DNA of 64,000 bases, taken from the NCBI GenBank assembly GCA_965637545.1, contig OZ281497.1, positions 27,218,001 to 27,282,000 on the forward strand, read 5' to 3'. This DNA comes from Phallusia mammillata. Lineage: Eukaryota. Below the pieces are notes generated by a model that saw nothing but the letters and a program-made list of their open reading frames with translations, was not told where the DNA came from and searched no databases. Positions 61,501 through 64,000 of this stretch are shown in pieces. The number at the start of each line of letters is the position of its first letter. Position 1 is the stretch's first letter. The position numbers were made by a program, and so were the translations under genes.

Positions 61501-64000
61501 TAGGTAAATGTGTTTGCCCTCTTGTTGCAAAACTTGCCGCGTTTCTTGCAGTCATCTTTTGTCAGCGATTACCAACCTGCCGCCCGGGCACTTACTGCCA
61601 AATGCCTTTTTCCCTATAGATGTTTTGGTGCAGGCACTAAAATGGTACAGTAACGTTTGCCCATTTGTGTGCAATTGTTTTAATGGTGGCTGCTGGTGTG
61701 AGCTTTTTGTCAGATTTCTAACACAGGTTGTAACTAATTCTTATCAGCGTTTTTAGCACAAATGTTTTGCAGTTCTTTTGTATTTTTGATTTGTTGTATT
61801 TAAGTGGAAATGAGTACTTGATACTTCTGTGCTATAGTTGTTTCCTAGCAAGGAAAACTGTCGCGATTTGATAGTTTGATTTACTACTGTTCAAAGATTT
61901 ACTACTTGTAACAAATATTGGGACCAATGATTTGTTGTTGTTGCAAACCAGTGAAAACATTGAAAAATATTTCTTTACATCGCGGTAAATTCTAATTAAA
62001 GTGGCAATTACTTTTTTATAAGGTACTTCCAATGATATACTTCAACTACATCATGCTTAGTTTATCATTTTAACTTCTATTTACTCTGCTTCCATATTAC
62101 TTTTTTCAACGAATTACAGAATGGTTTTCAGCAACTTGTTCTAATTAGTGATTTGCCCTGTAGCTTAACATAACGCGTTCCTCTTTAATTGCAAATCATT
62201 CGTTTGTTCGGTTTTCATGTTGGTACAGAATTTGTGCCAGCTTGGTTGTGTAGTAATTACTACAGTTGAATTTTTCTACAGTTTTGTATACGATGACATA
62301 GTCAGCAATAAGGTACGCGTTTTTAGATAGACTACCGTCGCGTATCATTATTATTTTTGTATAATTATAAGATGCTGTAAGTCATTACCAACATTCTGCG
62401 ACAGTTTGTTTCCAAAGTTAAGTTGGTAAGAATTTTAAAACCAATTCGATTGTTTGACAAGGTTTTTATTGACGTCTGAACTTGCTAGGATGTATTTTGA
62501 ATCTAGTTTTTACTTCATACTTTGCTTTCCAAAATATAAGTTGATATGTCCGTTCCATAACGAGAGCTGTGTATATGCTGGTTTATTCTATGCTGTTCTA
62601 GATTTAATTATTGTCAATACTATTCGGTTCGTGTTCAGTTTTTTATTGTATAACGAGTCGCGATCTAAAGAAGTGCGTCATTTACGAAGACAAGGTAAGC
62701 CATTATTATATAACAGTGAATTCCCTTTTGCAGATTTCTATGGTCTTTTTGCAACCACTGGTTACCTGTTGTTTTGTTTGTCAACAAAGGCTTAAAAAGC
62801 GACAAAAACATTTTTGATCCACCGTGTTTTTGCCCATGAAATTTTCTTACTAGAGTATCTCTGAGAATCACGAGTTTCATGTAAAGTTTTAATTGGCAAA
62901 CACTGGCGTGTCATGATGCTTTTACCATGGCGTGTATAAAATCACAAAAGCGATTATTTTGTCCATGTAAGTCAATATATAGCTGAAAATGTATTTTTGT
63001 TTTGCCGAGTATTACGCGCTCTGCAATTTTTATGCTGCAGTAGCACTGGAAACCAATATTTTTTGAAACGTCCCTTCAACATCTTTTTAAGTAGAAAAAT
63101 TTGATACGTTCAAATGGGTTGTTATTTAAATATTTTATTTCTCTATTATGTATTGCCTGAACGCTATTTTTCATTGTTATTGTTTTTGGAACATGTTGTT
63201 GCAACTTGTTGTAACTATCAAAACTTATTGCTACATTAGTTCTAATAACTTAGTTGCATGGTATACTATAATAATGATTTATAAAAAAAATATGTGATGT
63301 GATTGGCGTCAGTTATAATTAGTTTGCAAATTTCCAGTGAGTCTGTTATAAAGCATAAAAACTTAAGATTTCCTTTTTTGGTACAAAACCGCTCCAATCA
63401 AACTAAAACATTCAGGTTGGAGTTAAAAGTCGGGCAGCTTTTTCAGGCCTTTTTGTTTTTGGACTTGAGTTAAATTAAATGGACTTGACATCACACTCGG
63501 AATAATGATTGCTTCATTTTCACCCACTTTTGGTCTGAATCGGGCTTACAAAAATAAAACTGGTTTCGGCCGAGTTTTGGACATTCTCGCTAAAAATACT
63601 TTCAAAAATCTTAAAGCTTGGCAACCAATTGTATATGACCTTATCTATTAGAATAGTCTCACATGCAAATTTAAACACCAAATACATAAAATATAGTTGT
63701 TGTTTCGTTATTTCCATTTAAACATAGCCATAATGGAAACCGTTTAAAAAAGTAATGATACGTATTTTAAAAGTGGATGTGGGTAAATGAAACCTACAAA
63801 TGACTCAGCACTTGACACTAAACTTTATGTTTTATATGTATTTTACGCAGAAGGTTTTTAAAGTCTTGTTTCTTGGGATTACTCCACGCATACTGTTTGT
63901 GTTTGTTTTGTATTACAGCGTTGTGTCGCGCAAAGGGTTGTTGCCGGGACAAACGGGATTCAGCTTGCAAAATATTTTCAAAAAGTCCCTTCGTAGGTTA

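Noticed and set aside
60230-64000. Short ORFs at the window end
   Set aside because: AT-rich sequence without recognisable motifs or a consistent splice structure.

Overview
This is AT-rich, intron-containing animal genomic DNA. The compact introns and gene content suggest an invertebrate chordate such as an ascidian, but that is an inference. The window is a birth-and-death innate-immunity locus. (1) A multi-exon NACHT-LRR (NLR) gene lies at 4211-16082. It has no death-fold effector domain. Its low-complexity N-terminus carries a RHIM-like motif that forms only across a splice junction. There is a 1-nt frameshift right after Walker B, and five near-identical 162-bp phase-0 LRR exon cassettes. 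(2) A tandem cluster (22.1-41.8 kb) of type-I transmembrane C-type lectin receptors follows: signal peptide, CTLD, mucin stalk, TM, tyrosine-motif tail. Members carry QPD, EPN or QPN sugar-binding motifs. One has two canonical ITIMs, one is predicted soluble, and there are several remnants with two kinds of cytoplasmic tail. (3) An orphan NLR terminal exon and three copies of the 5' part of an FBH1/FBXO18-like pseudogene mark a repeated NLR-FBH1 segmental unit. (4) Transposon debris is dense: a truncated Ty3/Gypsy element whose primer-binding position is complementary to its own LTR (Tf1-like self-priming structure), three Penelope-type foldback insertions with hammerhead ribozymes and long TSDs, a TA-target MITE in two copies, a PIF/Harbinger MITE and a tRNA-derived SINE in two copies. 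Gene models were assembled by eye from splice signals and phase. Comparisons to human proteins are from memory and need database confirmation.
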